A stretch of DNA of 63,542 bases, filler included, from an uncultured Methanosarcinales archaeon (GCA_964434885.1; 3 parts of 3 records of this genome joined end to end with filler, not necessarily neighbours in it), one strand, 5' to 3'. Shown: positions 37,142 through 47,032, counted from the whole stretch's first letter. The notes: generated by a model from the sequence alone, not told the origin. Translations and numbers: made by a program.

Positions 37142-39895
37142 TCAGTGTTCAATAATATAACTCGCAAACTGAGATTCTCCTTGAACAACTGGCTCAGTAA
37201 CGACTTGCACAGGGACAACCGGTTCAGCAATTACTTTGATCGGATTATCTGCTGGAACATCAATTACATATTGTTTATAGTTGTTCTGTGTTTCAGGTAC
37301 TTTCTCAACCACTGGCTGCACTAATTCTGGACTCACCACTGCTTGACTAACTTCTGATTCAGCTGGCACATCAATAACATACTGAGTATAAGTATCATAT
37401 TGTTCTGCTTGTTGTTCAACTTGTTTCACCACCGCCACTCTCTCTTCAGTTTTCTTCACTTCAACTTTTTCTTCTTTCACTTCCGAAACAACCTTCTTTT
37501 CTACTTGAACACTCTCTTTTACCACTGGTTTAATTTCTTCAACTTTTTTAACTGGTTCTGTTTTAGTCTCTGCTAAAGCCAAAGGAATACTTTTCTCCAC
37601 TACTGGTGCTGAAATCCTTACTCTCCATTCTTGTTCAGTAAAATAAGTTCCATCTCCTACTTTAACTCTCACCAATTTAACTCCTGGTTCTACAAAAGTT
37701 CTACCAATTTCTGAACCATCAACCAAACCTTCATCCCAAACTCCAAAATCCCATTCATAAGTCAACTTATCTCCATCTGGATCAGAAACATTAGCCCGAA
37801 ATACAATTTCTTCTCCCACCAAACCACTCAAACTAATGGCTGGAAAATAACTATTCATCTTAGGTGGTCGATTAACATTCTTCACCGTCAATAATACTGG
37901 ATGAACTACTTTGAATTCCCCATCAGAAGCAATAAAATTTATTCCAAATTGTTTATATTCATCATTAAAACGACGATTTAAAAAATCAGATTTAGCATAA
38001 ATATTATTCAAAAACCCAGGCTTTCTCTCCGAAACAATATCATAATCTGGAGTCCAAGAAAAAACTTGGTTCTTAAAAGAAGCTCCCCGAGGTAATTCTG
38101 CTACAGAAATATTCAATTTATCTCCATCTGGATCAGTAGCATCTACATACATTCCAAATTTTTGATTTTCATTAATTTTAAAATAATCTTTCTTAATCTT
38201 AAATGTCGGCCGCCGATTCTTATTCTTCACCACCACATTAACAAATTTAGTATCGCTAGTTTTCCCATCAGAAGCCATCACTTTCACAGTATAATTTCCA
38301 GCATCTCCAAAACTTGTTTTCCAAACTCCTTTTGAATTAAAAGGTTGCTCAAATCGATATTTAACGATATCTTTATCTGCATCATTAGCTATTGGTTTTA
38401 AACTCACCACTTTTGTTTCACCTACCACAATATTATTCATCTGTGATAAAAGAGGTTTTTGATTTTTATTAACAACTTTCAAAACCAATGATTTGTTACT
38501 ACAGACTTTTTTACCACACACAACAATAGGTACAGAAACTTTCTTCGACTGAGCAAAAATAAATTTTTCTAATTTAATACGATTCAAGAAATTAGTAAAA
38601 AAATTAACTTTTCTTTGTACAACATTATAAGAAGGAATCCATTCTAAAATACCATTATTCAATTTCGCTCCAGTTGGTAAATTAGTAGCAGTAATCGACA
38701 AGTTATCTTTGTCAGGATCAGCTACTAATTTATTCAAATTAAGAACTAATCTCTGTCCTTCATTCACTTTAATTTCTTGAAAATTAATTGTCGGAGCCCG
38801 ATCAACATCTTCAACAACTAAAATAATAGTTTGGCCAATTACAAACTTACCATCAGTAAAATTAACTGACACAGTATAATTACCTGCATCATTATAACCT
38901 GCCTTCCAAACTCCTTTTTCCAATGGGGAAGAAAAAGTATATTTTAGTTTATCTCCATCCAAATCAACAACAGGTAATTTCAAAGTTATTTTTTCTCCTT
39001 CCTTAACCGTAATCAAACTAGGCAATCTCAAAACTGGAGCCCGATTAGTATTATTAACCAAAACATTCCAAGATTTAAAAATCTCATCTTGTCCATCTGA
39101 AACTTTAACCAAGACTTTATGTTTTCCCGCACTAGAATAATTAAAAACATGTTCAAAAGATTTTTCTTGAGAATAATTAATTCCATCTACTTGCCACAAA
39201 ACATTGACTTTATCATTATCTACATCCTTAACATCTACTTTAAAATTAATTTTTTGTCCTTCTTTAACAACCACGTCAGTTTTAGGAGAAAAAGAAGTTA
39301 TTCCAGGAGGTGCATTTTTATTTTTAATTACTAAATTAATATTTTCTTTAATCAAAAATTCACCATCGCTAACCACTACTTTAGTTGAATATTTTCCTGC
39401 ATCAAAATAAGAAGTATCCCAAACACCTTGTTGATTAAATGGTTTTTCATAAGTAATTTTTAAATCATCTTTGTCTGGATCAGAAATTAATTTTTTCAAA
39501 TCAATTTTATCTCCTTCTTGATTTACTAAACTAGTATCTTTAATCTTAGGTGGTTGATTTTTATTCTTAACTATTAAAGTAATCTTTTCTTCCACTTCAT
39601 TACGGCCATCAGAAACCAAAATTTTAGTCTTATATGTTCCTGCATCATTTAAAGTTGTTTGCCATTCTCCACTCTTATTTAATGGGGAGAAATAATAAAC
39701 AAATACTTTATCTTGATCTAAATCAGAAACAGAAGGTTTCAATTTAACCAAATCCCCTTCAACAAATGTGAAAGTAGTAGTTGAAGTTTTCGCAATTAAT
39801 GTATTATTTGTAACTGCTTCTACAACCAGAACAGCAGAAAATAGTGAAACTAAAAAAAGAAAAAATACAAAAATTAAGCTATTTTTTGACGGCAT
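37142..39895 (-). CDS. Secreted cadherin/Ig-like repeat protein with PKD-like domain
   Basis: Signal peptide; repeated D.D.D...G.W.T...DAG.Y...V.VSDG...N.N.PP units. Confidence 0.85.
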   Translation of the reverse strand: MPSKNSLIFVFFLFLVSLFSAVLVVEAVTNNTLIAKTSTTTFTFVEGDLVKLKPSVSDLDQDKVFVYYFSPLNKSGEWQTTLNDAGTYKTKILVSDGRNEVEEKITLIVKNKNQPPKIKDTSLVNQEGDKIDLKKLISDPDKDDLKITYEKPFNQQGVWDTSYFDAGKYSTKVVVSDGEFLIKENINLVIKNKNAPPGITSFSPKTDVVVKEGQKINFKVDVKDVDNDKVNVLWQVDGINYSQEKSFEHVFNYSSAGKHKVLVKVSDGQDEIFKSWNVLVNNTNRAPVLRLPSLITVKEGEKITLKLPVVDLDGDKLKYTFSSPLEKGVWKAGYNDAGNYTVSVNFTDGKFVIGQTIILVVEDVDRAPTINFQEIKVNEGQRLVLNLNKLVADPDKDNLSITATNLPTGAKLNNGILEWIPSYNVVQRKVNFFTNFLNRIKLEKFIFAQSKKVSVPIVVCGKKVCSNKSLVLKVVNKNQKPLLSQMNNIVVGETKVVSLKPIANDADKDIVKYRFEQPFNSKGVWKTSFGDAGNYTVKVMASDGKTSDTKFVNVVVKNKNRRPTFKIKKDYFKINENQKFGMYVDATDPDGDKLNISVAELPRGASFKNQVFSWTPDYDIVSERKPGFLNNIYAKSDFLNRRFNDEYKQFGINFIASDGEFKVVHPVLLTVKNVNRPPKMNSYFPAISLSGLVGEEIVFRANVSDPDGDKLTYEWDFGVWDEGLVDGSEIGRTFVEPGVKLVRVKVGDGTYFTEQEWRVRISAPVVEKSIPLALAETKTEPVKKVEEIKPVVKESVQVEKKVVSEVKEEKVEVKKTEERVAVVKQVEQQAEQYDTYTQYVIDVPAESEVSQAVVSPELVQPVVEKVPETQNNYKQYVIDVPADNPIKVIAEPVVPVQVVTEPVVQGESQFASYIIEH

Positions 39896-39908
39896 TGTTC
39901 ATTCTGCC

Positions 39909-41036
39909 CTAACCTAATTTGATTTCACCAATAGTTGGTGGTCTGTTTTGATCAGTAATAGTCAAAGCAGAGGTTTTGGTTATTTTCTCTTTTCCATCAT
40001 CTACAGTCACCACTACACTATATACTCCGTGATCTGTATAACTTGTCTGCCAAGCACATTTATCTGAGCAAGACTTAGCTACTTCTCCAGATTTCAAAAA
40101 CTGACATCCAGTTGAACAAGAGATAACAATGGAAACATTTAGAGGATCTTTATCCAAATCACTTACTGTTGGAGCAATTTCTAATTTTTCTCCTTCTTTA
40201 ACAGTTAAATCTTTTAAACCACTAACTTTTGGTAAAACATTAACATCTTTAACTGTCAACAAAAATTTCTCTTTGCTTTCTAATTCTCCGTCTGAAGCAC
40301 TAATCACCACTTCATATTCACCAGCACTTGTATGATCAGTAGCCCAAAGTCCTTTTGATACAGGTTCAGATAATTTAACAGTTACTGAATCTCCGTTTGG
40401 ATCAATTACTTGTGGTTCTACTTTTACTGTTTCTCCTTCTTTAACAATTCTATCTTTAATTGTCTTGATTACTGGAGGTACATTAACTCTTTCCACTACA
40501 AGTAAAACATCTTTTTTACTTGTCAATTTTCCATCAGTAGCTGTAATAGTCACTACATATTCTCCTGCATCTCCATAGTTGGTTTTCCATTTTCCCTGTT
40601 GGTTCAAAGGTAATGAAAAACTATAAGTTATTTTATCTTTGTCTGGATCATCAATTTTAACATTCAAATTAACCAATTCACTTTCTTTTACAGAAATTTT
40701 TTGTAATTTAGAAGTATCAGTTTTTTGATTTAAAGGAACTTTAATCGCATCTTTCTTAGTATCAGCAGTTTTATTTGTGGCATCTTTAGTACCTACTACT
40801 GCCCCAGTTATTTTACTGGTGTCTTTTGTTGTATCTTTCGTTCCAGCAGTTTTATTATCTGCCAATCCCAATTCTTTTTCAATCTCTGCAATTTCCTTAA
40901 TCAAATCAGTATCACTACTGCTTGTTTTAGTTGGCTGATAAGATTTATAATTTAAACAACCAGTTAACATAACTACAGAAACTAACATAACTAACAATAA
41001 AATTCCACTCTTTTTCATTATTCTCATAATACACAC
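39909..41036 (-). CDS. Lipoprotein with cadherin/Ig-like repeats
   Basis: Lipobox MLTGC; same repeat unit as the downstream gene. Confidence 0.85.
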   Translation of the reverse strand: MCIMRIMKKSGILLLVMLVSVVMLTGCLNYKSYQPTKTSSSDTDLIKEIAEIEKELGLADNKTAGTKDTTKDTSKITGAVVGTKDATNKTADTKKDAIKVPLNQKTDTSKLQKISVKESELVNLNVKIDDPDKDKITYSFSLPLNQQGKWKTNYGDAGEYVVTITATDGKLTSKKDVLLVVERVNVPPVIKTIKDRIVKEGETVKVEPQVIDPNGDSVTVKLSEPVSKGLWATDHTSAGEYEVVISASDGELESKEKFLLTVKDVNVLPKVSGLKDLTVKEGEKLEIAPTVSDLDKDPLNVSIVISCSTGCQFLKSGEVAKSCSDKCAWQTSYTDHGVYSVVVTVDDGKEKITKTSALTITDQNRPPTIGEIKLG

Positions 41037-41235
41037 CCCTCGTGATATACTTTTTTTAAATTAATTTAGCATTCCAAAATGATAACTGGTATTTAAAGAT
41101 TTAGACACAAGAGAGTATATACTAAAAAAGTTATTTCATGGAGAATAAAAATATGGCCCCGTCCAACATTATTCAACAAGTAAACAATTGGACAAAGTAT
41201 ATTAATAAGTTCATCTTTATTAAATCAGTGAAAAG

Positions 41236-41889
41236 ATGAAATTACCAAAATACATGAACCCAAATTTAGCTGAAGAGATTGGTCTGCATCTGGGAGATGG
41301 TAGTATGAATTATTACAACAATAAAGGATTATATCAATTAAGAGGACATTTACATGATGATAAAAAACATTATAACCAAAGAATTAAATTTCTCTATAAA
41401 GAATTGTTTGATTTAGAATTAAGTTTACGAGAAATGCCTTCTTGCGGAGTTTATGGTTTCCAAATATGGTCTAATGAACTAGTTAAATTTAAAGAAAGTT
41501 TAGGTTTGCCGAAAGGCAAAAAGATTGATTTTTCAATTCCTGAAAGCATAATAAACAATTTAGAGTTTTGTAAACATTTTCTACGTGGCTTCTTTGATAC
41601 TGATGGCTGCCTATATATCGAAAACAAAAATGGTAAACCTTACCCAAGAATAGAAATAACTAGTATCTCAATTAATTTTTCTAAACAACTCAAAGAAATA
41701 TTAATTAAATTAGGATTTAAATTGTCACTTTACACAGAAAAACGCAAAAAACATGGTTGGAAAGATTTACATAGAATAATTATCAGAGGAAATAAAATGG
41801 CCAATAAATGGTTTTCTGAGATAAATCCAAAAAATCCTAAACATATAAAAAAGTTCATTAAAATAAATGGTGGCCCCGCGGAGATTTGA
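41236..41889 (+). CDS. Free-standing double-motif LAGLIDADG homing endonuclease-like protein
   Basis: LAEEIGLHLGDGS and FLRGFFDTDGC motifs; no intein splice motifs. Confidence 0.9.
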   Translation: MKLPKYMNPNLAEEIGLHLGDGSMNYYNNKGLYQLRGHLHDDKKHYNQRIKFLYKELFDLELSLREMPSCGVYGFQIWSNELVKFKESLGLPKGKKIDFSIPESIINNLEFCKHFLRGFFDTDGCLYIENKNGKPYPRIEITSISINFSKQLKEILIKLGFKLSLYTEKRKKHGWKDLHRIIIRGNKMANKWFSEINPKNPKHIKKFIKINGGPAEI

Positions 41890-41991
41890 ACTCCGGACCT
41901 TTATCGGGATTTCTCCTCACGATATCCGCTAACTTAGTATCAGTTTCGCAACAAGTTGCTCGTGCGCTCTACCAAGCTAAGCCACGGGGCC
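41868..41991 (-). tRNA. tRNA-Ile(GAT) with three introns (30/31, 37/38, 43/44), CCA encoded
   Basis: Removing 41945-41960, 41924-41937 and 41901-41917 gives GGCCCCG...CACGA-CTGATAA-TCGTG-AGGTC-CGGAG-TTCAAAT-CTCCG-CGGGGCC-ACCA. Confidence 0.85.
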
Positions 41992-42114
41992 GTGAATTCC
42001 TAAAATAAGTCCCTATTTTTAAATATTTTGGAGAATTGGTACTCAGATAACTTTATCAATAAAAAATAAAGAAGTTAATAAAATTTATATAATGGGGTGG
42101 TTTCTATTTCAATC

Positions 42115-42534
42115 ATGAGTGAAACTCCAAAAGTTGGCATCGGCGTAATTATTATTAAAGACGAAAAAGTATTAATTGGTAAAAGAATTGGTAGTCATGC
42201 TCAAAAATATTCTATTCCCGGAGGACATGTTGATATTGGTGAAACCTTTGAAACTGCAGCAATTAGAGAAATTAAAGAAGAAACTAATTTAAATATCATT
42301 AATCCTAAGGTAATCGCCATAACTAATAACCTACATACTTTTGATCAAGAAGGCAAACATTATGTTTCAATTATTTTAGTAGCTGAAAGTTTTTCTGGAG
42401 AATTACAAAGAACAGAACCTCATCGTTGTGCAGAATGGCTTTGGTGTAATCCTAATGAATTACCAACACCACATTTTGATGCCAGTCAAAAAGCCATATC
42501 TTGTTGGTTAAAAAAAACCCATTACGTTGGATAA
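42115..42534 (+). CDS. NUDIX hydrolase
   Basis: PGGHVDIGETFETAAIREIKEETNL Nudix box. Confidence 0.92.
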   Translation: MSETPKVGIGVIIIKDEKVLIGKRIGSHAQKYSIPGGHVDIGETFETAAIREIKEETNLNIINPKVIAITNNLHTFDQEGKHYVSIILVAESFSGELQRTEPHRCAEWLWCNPNELPTPHFDASQKAISCWLKKTHYVG

Positions 42535-42568
42535 ATTTTTAAATCAATTCTTTTATTATTATCTTATT

Positions 42569-42688
42569 GGGGCCGTAGTGTAGCTTGGAAGAGTAAATTC
42601 AATTTGCTCTGAGTTACTATCACTGACGGCTGGGGTAGCATTCGCTTACAGAAGTCGTCTAACCGGGGTTCAAATCCTCGCGGCCCCA
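42569..42688 (+). tRNA. tRNA-Pro(GGG) with D-loop intron (42589-42616) and 37/38 intron (42636-42653)
   Basis: GGGGCCG/CGGCCCC-A, stem GACGG/TCGTC, loop CTGGGG|G; BHB-like junctions. Confidence 0.85.
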
Positions 42689-42689
42689 A

Positions 42690-43181
42690 TCAAATATAAT
42701 CTTTAATCCTCTTATGCATTTCTTCATGTACTAACCAAATAACCAATATTACAGCATCTATATGAGGAGCAAAATTAGCTATTCCAAATTGTGGACAAAA
42801 ATTATTAATAAACAAAGGCCAAATATATTCTTTAGCTCCACCAAAAGTGCAATCCAACACTAAATGTAAAAACCAACCAGCAGAAATAACTCCAAAAATC
42901 CCAGCCCACTTTTTGTTCTTCCCCCAATAGAATAACAAACCAAATAATAAAAACAATAGTGGAAATAACAATGAGTGGGTAAACATGCCATGAATATCAA
43001 TTGTTGTACCTTTAAAAAAATTATATATCCATCCAATAACAAAATCAATATCTGGAAACAATCCTGCAATACCTCCCACTATTAACAAATATCTACGAAA
43101 CTTTCTCCTTCCAAAAACATAATGACGAAATAAATCCAAAATCACAATTGTCAATATTATATGAGTTACTGCTAAAGCCAT
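42690..43181 (-). CDS. YdjM-like membrane metal-dependent hydrolase
   Basis: TH, LFPDID, H..FTHSL, HLVLD motifs. Confidence 0.85.
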   Translation of the reverse strand: MALAVTHIILTIVILDLFRHYVFGRRKFRRYLLIVGGIAGLFPDIDFVIGWIYNFFKGTTIDIHGMFTHSLLFPLLFLLFGLLFYWGKNKKWAGIFGVISAGWFLHLVLDCTFGGAKEYIWPLFINNFCPQFGIANFAPHIDAVILVIWLVHEEMHKRIKDYI

Positions 43182-43223
43182 AAAAAAAGTAAATTCTCAA
43201 AGAATATAAACTTGTTGGTTAAA

Positions 43224-43625
43224 CTAATCTAAACAAATATTCCCTTGACTCAATTCTAAAAACAAATTTTTCATATTTGGAGACAACAAACAAGAACTAA
43301 GTTTGTTAATAGAAATATATTCAAAATGGTCAAAAGTTTCTGGTTCTTCAATTCGAGGAAACTGATTCTTTTTTATTTTGGCCAAAAACCAAATATAATT
43401 AAGTTCACGACCTTCATGTTCAAATTCTTTGGCACCAATCTTTTTCACAATTTCAACATCACATCCTAATTCTTCTTTTAATTCTCTTATCGCTGCTACT
43501 TCTGGTGTTTCATGATCATCTATTTTTCCACCAGGCAATTCATACCAAGAAGTTTTTTTTCTATTTAATAAAAGAATTTTATTTTCTTTAATGATTACGC
43601 ATCCTGCTAGATTAACATCATTCAT
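43224..43625 (-). CDS. NUDIX hydrolase
   Basis: LPGGKIDDHETPEVAAIRELKEELG. Confidence 0.92.
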   Translation of the reverse strand: MNDVNLAGCVIIKENKILLLNRKKTSWYELPGGKIDDHETPEVAAIRELKEELGCDVEIVKKIGAKEFEHEGRELNYIWFLAKIKKNQFPRIEEPETFDHFEYISINKLSSCLLSPNMKNLFLELSQGNICLD

Positions 43626-43635
43626 ATTAAAAGTA

Positions 43636-43755
43636 TGGACCAGCCGAGACTTTCAAATTAATTTTTGAACTCGGGATCACCCGATCTTTAGATCAAAAAG
43701 CCGTTGACTTAATTGCATGCCAACCGGGCATTCTACCAGACTGAACTACTGGCCC
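43636..43755 (-). tRNA. tRNA-Ala(GGC) with 37/38 intron (43686-43717) and T-loop 59/60 intron (43650-43663)
   Basis: GGGCCAG/CTGGTCC-A with G3:U70 pair; TTGG/CTAA and TTCA/TGAA BHB helices. Confidence 0.85.
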
Positions 43756-43839
43756 ATCCAAATGAGTCTTTCTTGTTTTTTTAAAAAACTTTTGTCATTT
43801 AAACAATAAACTTATAAAATATAAAATAATCCTCAAAAC

Positions 43840-44403
43840 ATGAAAGAGGTTGTTAAAAAAGAGATTTTAAATTTGTTATCTCAAGCTTTTGCAATTCTAA
43901 AAGAAAGAAAAGAAGAAGATTCGGAAAGATTAAAAAAATTAAGTAACAAAGGAATTGAAAGTATTGCTTTATACAAAGATATGGATCTTATTTCAGTAAC
44001 TGTAATGATTTATTCTTTATCTAAAATTGTCTCTTGTATTTCTCCCACCGATTATCAATATTTAATTAAGGATGTGGAAAAAGCAAACAATTCTCTACAA
44101 AAAAATAAATTTACATTATATAATAAAAGTATCAGACTAATTTACAAAATCATCCACAAATGTGATGCTCAAGTAAAAGTTCATTTAGGAGATGTTATGC
44201 ATGCTGCTAGAGTTAAGAAAAGTGCAGTTCTTCTAAGCAAAGGATTATCCATTGGACAAGCTGCCGGATTGATGGGATTATCCAACTGGGATCTACAAAA
44301 ATATGCTGGAAAAACTACTGCTTATGAATCCCACCATGAAGCTATTCGTGCTGATCAACGCTTAATGAATTCACTAAAAATGTTTGGGGTAATTTCAAAA
44401 TGA
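43840..44403 (+). CDS. Hypothetical protein with C-terminal HTH-like motif
   Basis: GLSIGQAAGLMGLSNWDL..Y.GKT. Confidence 0.7.
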   Translation: MKEVVKKEILNLLSQAFAILKERKEEDSERLKKLSNKGIESIALYKDMDLISVTVMIYSLSKIVSCISPTDYQYLIKDVEKANNSLQKNKFTLYNKSIRLIYKIIHKCDAQVKVHLGDVMHAARVKKSAVLLSKGLSIGQAAGLMGLSNWDLQKYAGKTTAYESHHEAIRADQRLMNSLKMFGVISK

Positions 44404-44473
44404 AATCTTTTCCAAATAACAAGCCCGAAAAAAAGGAGGATAGAAAATGGTAAAATCTCTTTTTTTAGATGTT

Positions 44474-44573
44474 NNNNNNNNNNNNNNNNNNNNNNNNNNN
44501 NNNNNNNNNNNNNNNNNTTAATTAATTAANNNNNNNNNNNNNNNNNNNNNNNNNNNNNNNNNNNNNNNNNNNN
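44474..44573. other. Artificial contig linker
   Basis: N-run, TTAATTAATTAA, N-run. Confidence 0.95.
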
Positions 44574-44902
44574 ACTCTAGCAATTGAAATATCCTTCCCA
44601 TGACCATTAAGCTCTCTTTTGTTTACATCATAAGAAATGCCTGCGCCGATATTATCATTTATTAATTTTCTTATATCTTCTTCAGATAAATTACTAGGTA
44701 AGTAAAGAATGTGTTCTGTACCATTCAAATAAACATTAGTCCCCTGCCCGCGAATTTTATCAACAAGAGAACTAGAAGCTCGGAAAGTATTGCTTGCACC
44801 AGAACCAACACCATTTAGACTAATTTCCCAAACTTGGCTAGAAATTTCACCAGTAGAAACTTTTCTTAACGGTCCAGATTTCTTTCTTTTTTTTCTCCCC
44901 AT
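44574..44902 (-). CDS. Hypothetical protein, truncated by gap
   Basis: ORF runs into Ns. Confidence 0.5.
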
Positions 44903-44998
44903 CTTATGATTACTCTATAATAGTTACAACAAGATATATTTTTGAGAATATATTTAAAAAACTTTCGTAAAATAGAGGAAGAAACAAAGAATTCGTCC

Positions 44999-45820
44999 TC
45001 AATTAGTGTCAACTTCAACGGCCCTTTTCTTCTCAATAATTAAATCAGCAACTTCAGCAAAGATTTCTGTTTCTTCCCCTTCTTCCCAAGGACCATAATC
45101 TTTAAGATCAGTCCAAACAAAACTGGGAACGGCATGAATGAATTTAATCTTTTTCATTTTTGGTGTGGTTTCATCTTTTTGATTTGTTTCTGTGTTGTTA
45201 GTGTTGTTGGTAGTGTTGTTAGTTTTGTTGGTAGTGTTGTTAGTGTTGTTGGTAGTGTTGTTAGTTTTGTTAATGGGAGTTTCCATGTTTTGAGATGTAT
45301 TTTTTGTTATTTCAAGTGGTTCTTCTTCTGGTAATTCAGTAGACTGATTGTGTTCTTTTGGTTTTTCAAAATCACCTGAATCTTCTAAGCCTAAATTTGG
45401 GATTTTGCCTTGGAACAAGTTCATTAAGATTCCCTTGCGATATGTATCTAATAGTCCTAGAAGTAATTTGTAAAACTCTTTTTCTTCTCTGAGTAATGAA
45501 CTAGTATCTACAATATCTGAGCCAGTACGGCTCTTATTCATAGTAATATCAATAATCTTTTTTTCTCTTTTTTCATAAATCTCTTTCAGAATTCTTTTGA
45601 TACTCCTTAATTCATATTCTAGTTTTTCTTGTTCACCAGCTGCAAAAAGATCATCTTCATCTTTCTTAAATTCTAATAATTTCTTCTTTTCCTTCAGATA
45701 ATGGACTACGTCGTGGTAGAAGGTAGGAGTTAATTGTTGTAAATCTTCTCTCTGTTTTTCATTCCTTAAAATGTCGTACAAAGTTTCCAATGTTATTTTG
45801 ATTTCTTCCATTGCCCCCAC
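44999..45820 (-). CDS. DNA replication factor GINS subunit
   Basis: ITLETLYDILRNEK...LQ.L...FY, REKKII, LL.EEKEFY A-domain; C-terminal B-domain IKFI..VP.F...D...YGP. Confidence 0.8.
   Translation of the reverse strand: MGAMEEIKITLETLYDILRNEKQREDLQQLTPTFYHDVVHYLKEKKKLLEFKKDEDDLFAAGEQEKLEYELRSIKRILKEIYEKREKKIIDITMNKSRTGSDIVDTSSLLREEKEFYKLLLGLLDTYRKGILMNLFQGKIPNLGLEDSGDFEKPKEHNQSTELPEEEPLEITKNTSQNMETPINKTNNTTNNTNNTTNKTNNTTNNTNNTETNQKDETTPKMKKIKFIHAVPSFVWTDLKDYGPWEEGEETEIFAEVADLIIEKKRAVEVDTN
45192..45271. repeat. 21-bp tandem repeat (~3.8 copies) encoding an Asn/Thr linker
   Basis: Unit gtgttgttagt(g/t)ttgttggta. Confidence 0.9.
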
Positions 45821-45913
45821 AAATTAAGAGATTATCTGTTTTATTAAGATTTATCTACTACAAAGTTTATTTTAGAGAAGTTTTATAAATTAGTAGCAAA
45901 ATTCGGTCTAATA

Positions 45914-46957
45914 ATGAGTGAAGAAAGGAAATTGAGTGAGGAAGTGTTGGTTGAGGCTGATTTTTTAGAAGAAATAGATATAGGTAAATTTGCATTAAAT
46001 TTAGTACAGCCTGGAGATTTAGTATTAAATTACCTTGTTAGAGACGGTAGAACAGAAGGAAATTTTGCTTTTGTTTTTGATGTTTATGATATGGAAAAAG
46101 AAGAAGATATTGTTCTCAAAACTACTGCTTTATGCACAGAAAATTTTAGGAACATCGGACGGGCTAAAGCAAATTTAAGAGAAGAAAATCGAATGCTACA
46201 TTTAATGAATGATTGCCAGAATATTGTTAACTCTAAAGGTTATATGGAATACAAAGGGGTTGGGTATTTAGTCCTGGAAAAATTGCCTTTTTCTTTAGAA
46301 GAAGCAGTTGCCGAAGTAAGAGATAGTGGAAAACCACATGCCCAGATTAGGGCGGTTTTGAATCCAGCTGATAGCTTAGCTCGATCATTAATTTGTATGG
46401 AAAGTTATGGTATAGTGAATGGAGATATTGCTCCAATGAATTTTAGGGCTGCTGAAAAAGATGATACTTATGTGTGTAAAATCATTGATTTCAATGGTGC
46501 TTATGACCAACATAAATTTTATTTTATTGATCAACCTCGTCCTCATCATCGGAAGAAATACTCTGCACCGGAAGCCCAAGAGGCATTTAAAAGATCAAGA
46601 ATATTAGATCAGTTTCTTTTAGAACCTTCACTAGATATGTATAGTTCTGGGATTACATTAGCAGCTACATGTTTAATGGCCCAAGGACTAGATTTTGAAG
46701 AAATGGGATCACAGTATATTCATCATCGAAAAGATGATGAGTCATTATTACAGGACATGGAAGATAAAGGTGTTAGTGTTTCTTTCTTGTCTTTGATTAA
46801 TTCGATGATTAAACCAAATCCTGATGAAAGAATAAAACCTAAAGAGATGCTTTCTGCAGTTAGAGCTATTGCTAATTTGTATGGTATTCCTTTAGAGAAA
46901 AAAATCTGCTCGCCAGATTTGAGTATTGTTAGAAAAGTACCAACTTTTTATCAGTAA
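45914..46957 (+). CDS. Divergent protein kinase
   Basis: EGNFAFVF, VLK, EE, NGDIAPMN, IIDFN, YSAPE, DMYSSG, PDER. Confidence 0.8.
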   Translation: MSEERKLSEEVLVEADFLEEIDIGKFALNLVQPGDLVLNYLVRDGRTEGNFAFVFDVYDMEKEEDIVLKTTALCTENFRNIGRAKANLREENRMLHLMNDCQNIVNSKGYMEYKGVGYLVLEKLPFSLEEAVAEVRDSGKPHAQIRAVLNPADSLARSLICMESYGIVNGDIAPMNFRAAEKDDTYVCKIIDFNGAYDQHKFYFIDQPRPHHRKKYSAPEAQEAFKRSRILDQFLLEPSLDMYSSGITLAATCLMAQGLDFEEMGSQYIHHRKDDESLLQDMEDKGVSVSFLSLINSMIKPNPDERIKPKEMLSAVRAIANLYGIPLEKKICSPDLSIVRKVPTFYQ

Positions 46958-47032
46958 GAATTATTAAAAGTAGCAAGAAGATCTTTTAAATAGTACCGTT
47001 AATTATATAAAACTACTTCTTTATTTCAATTT

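Noticed and set aside
41236..41889. Intein or group I intron-encoded endonuclease
   Set aside because: No host gene, no Cys/Ser start or His-Asn end, and no flanking rRNA or intron structure.
45192..45271. Possible CRISPR array
   Set aside because: Head-to-tail repeats without spacers, in frame within a CDS; no CRISPR array or cas genes seen in the window.
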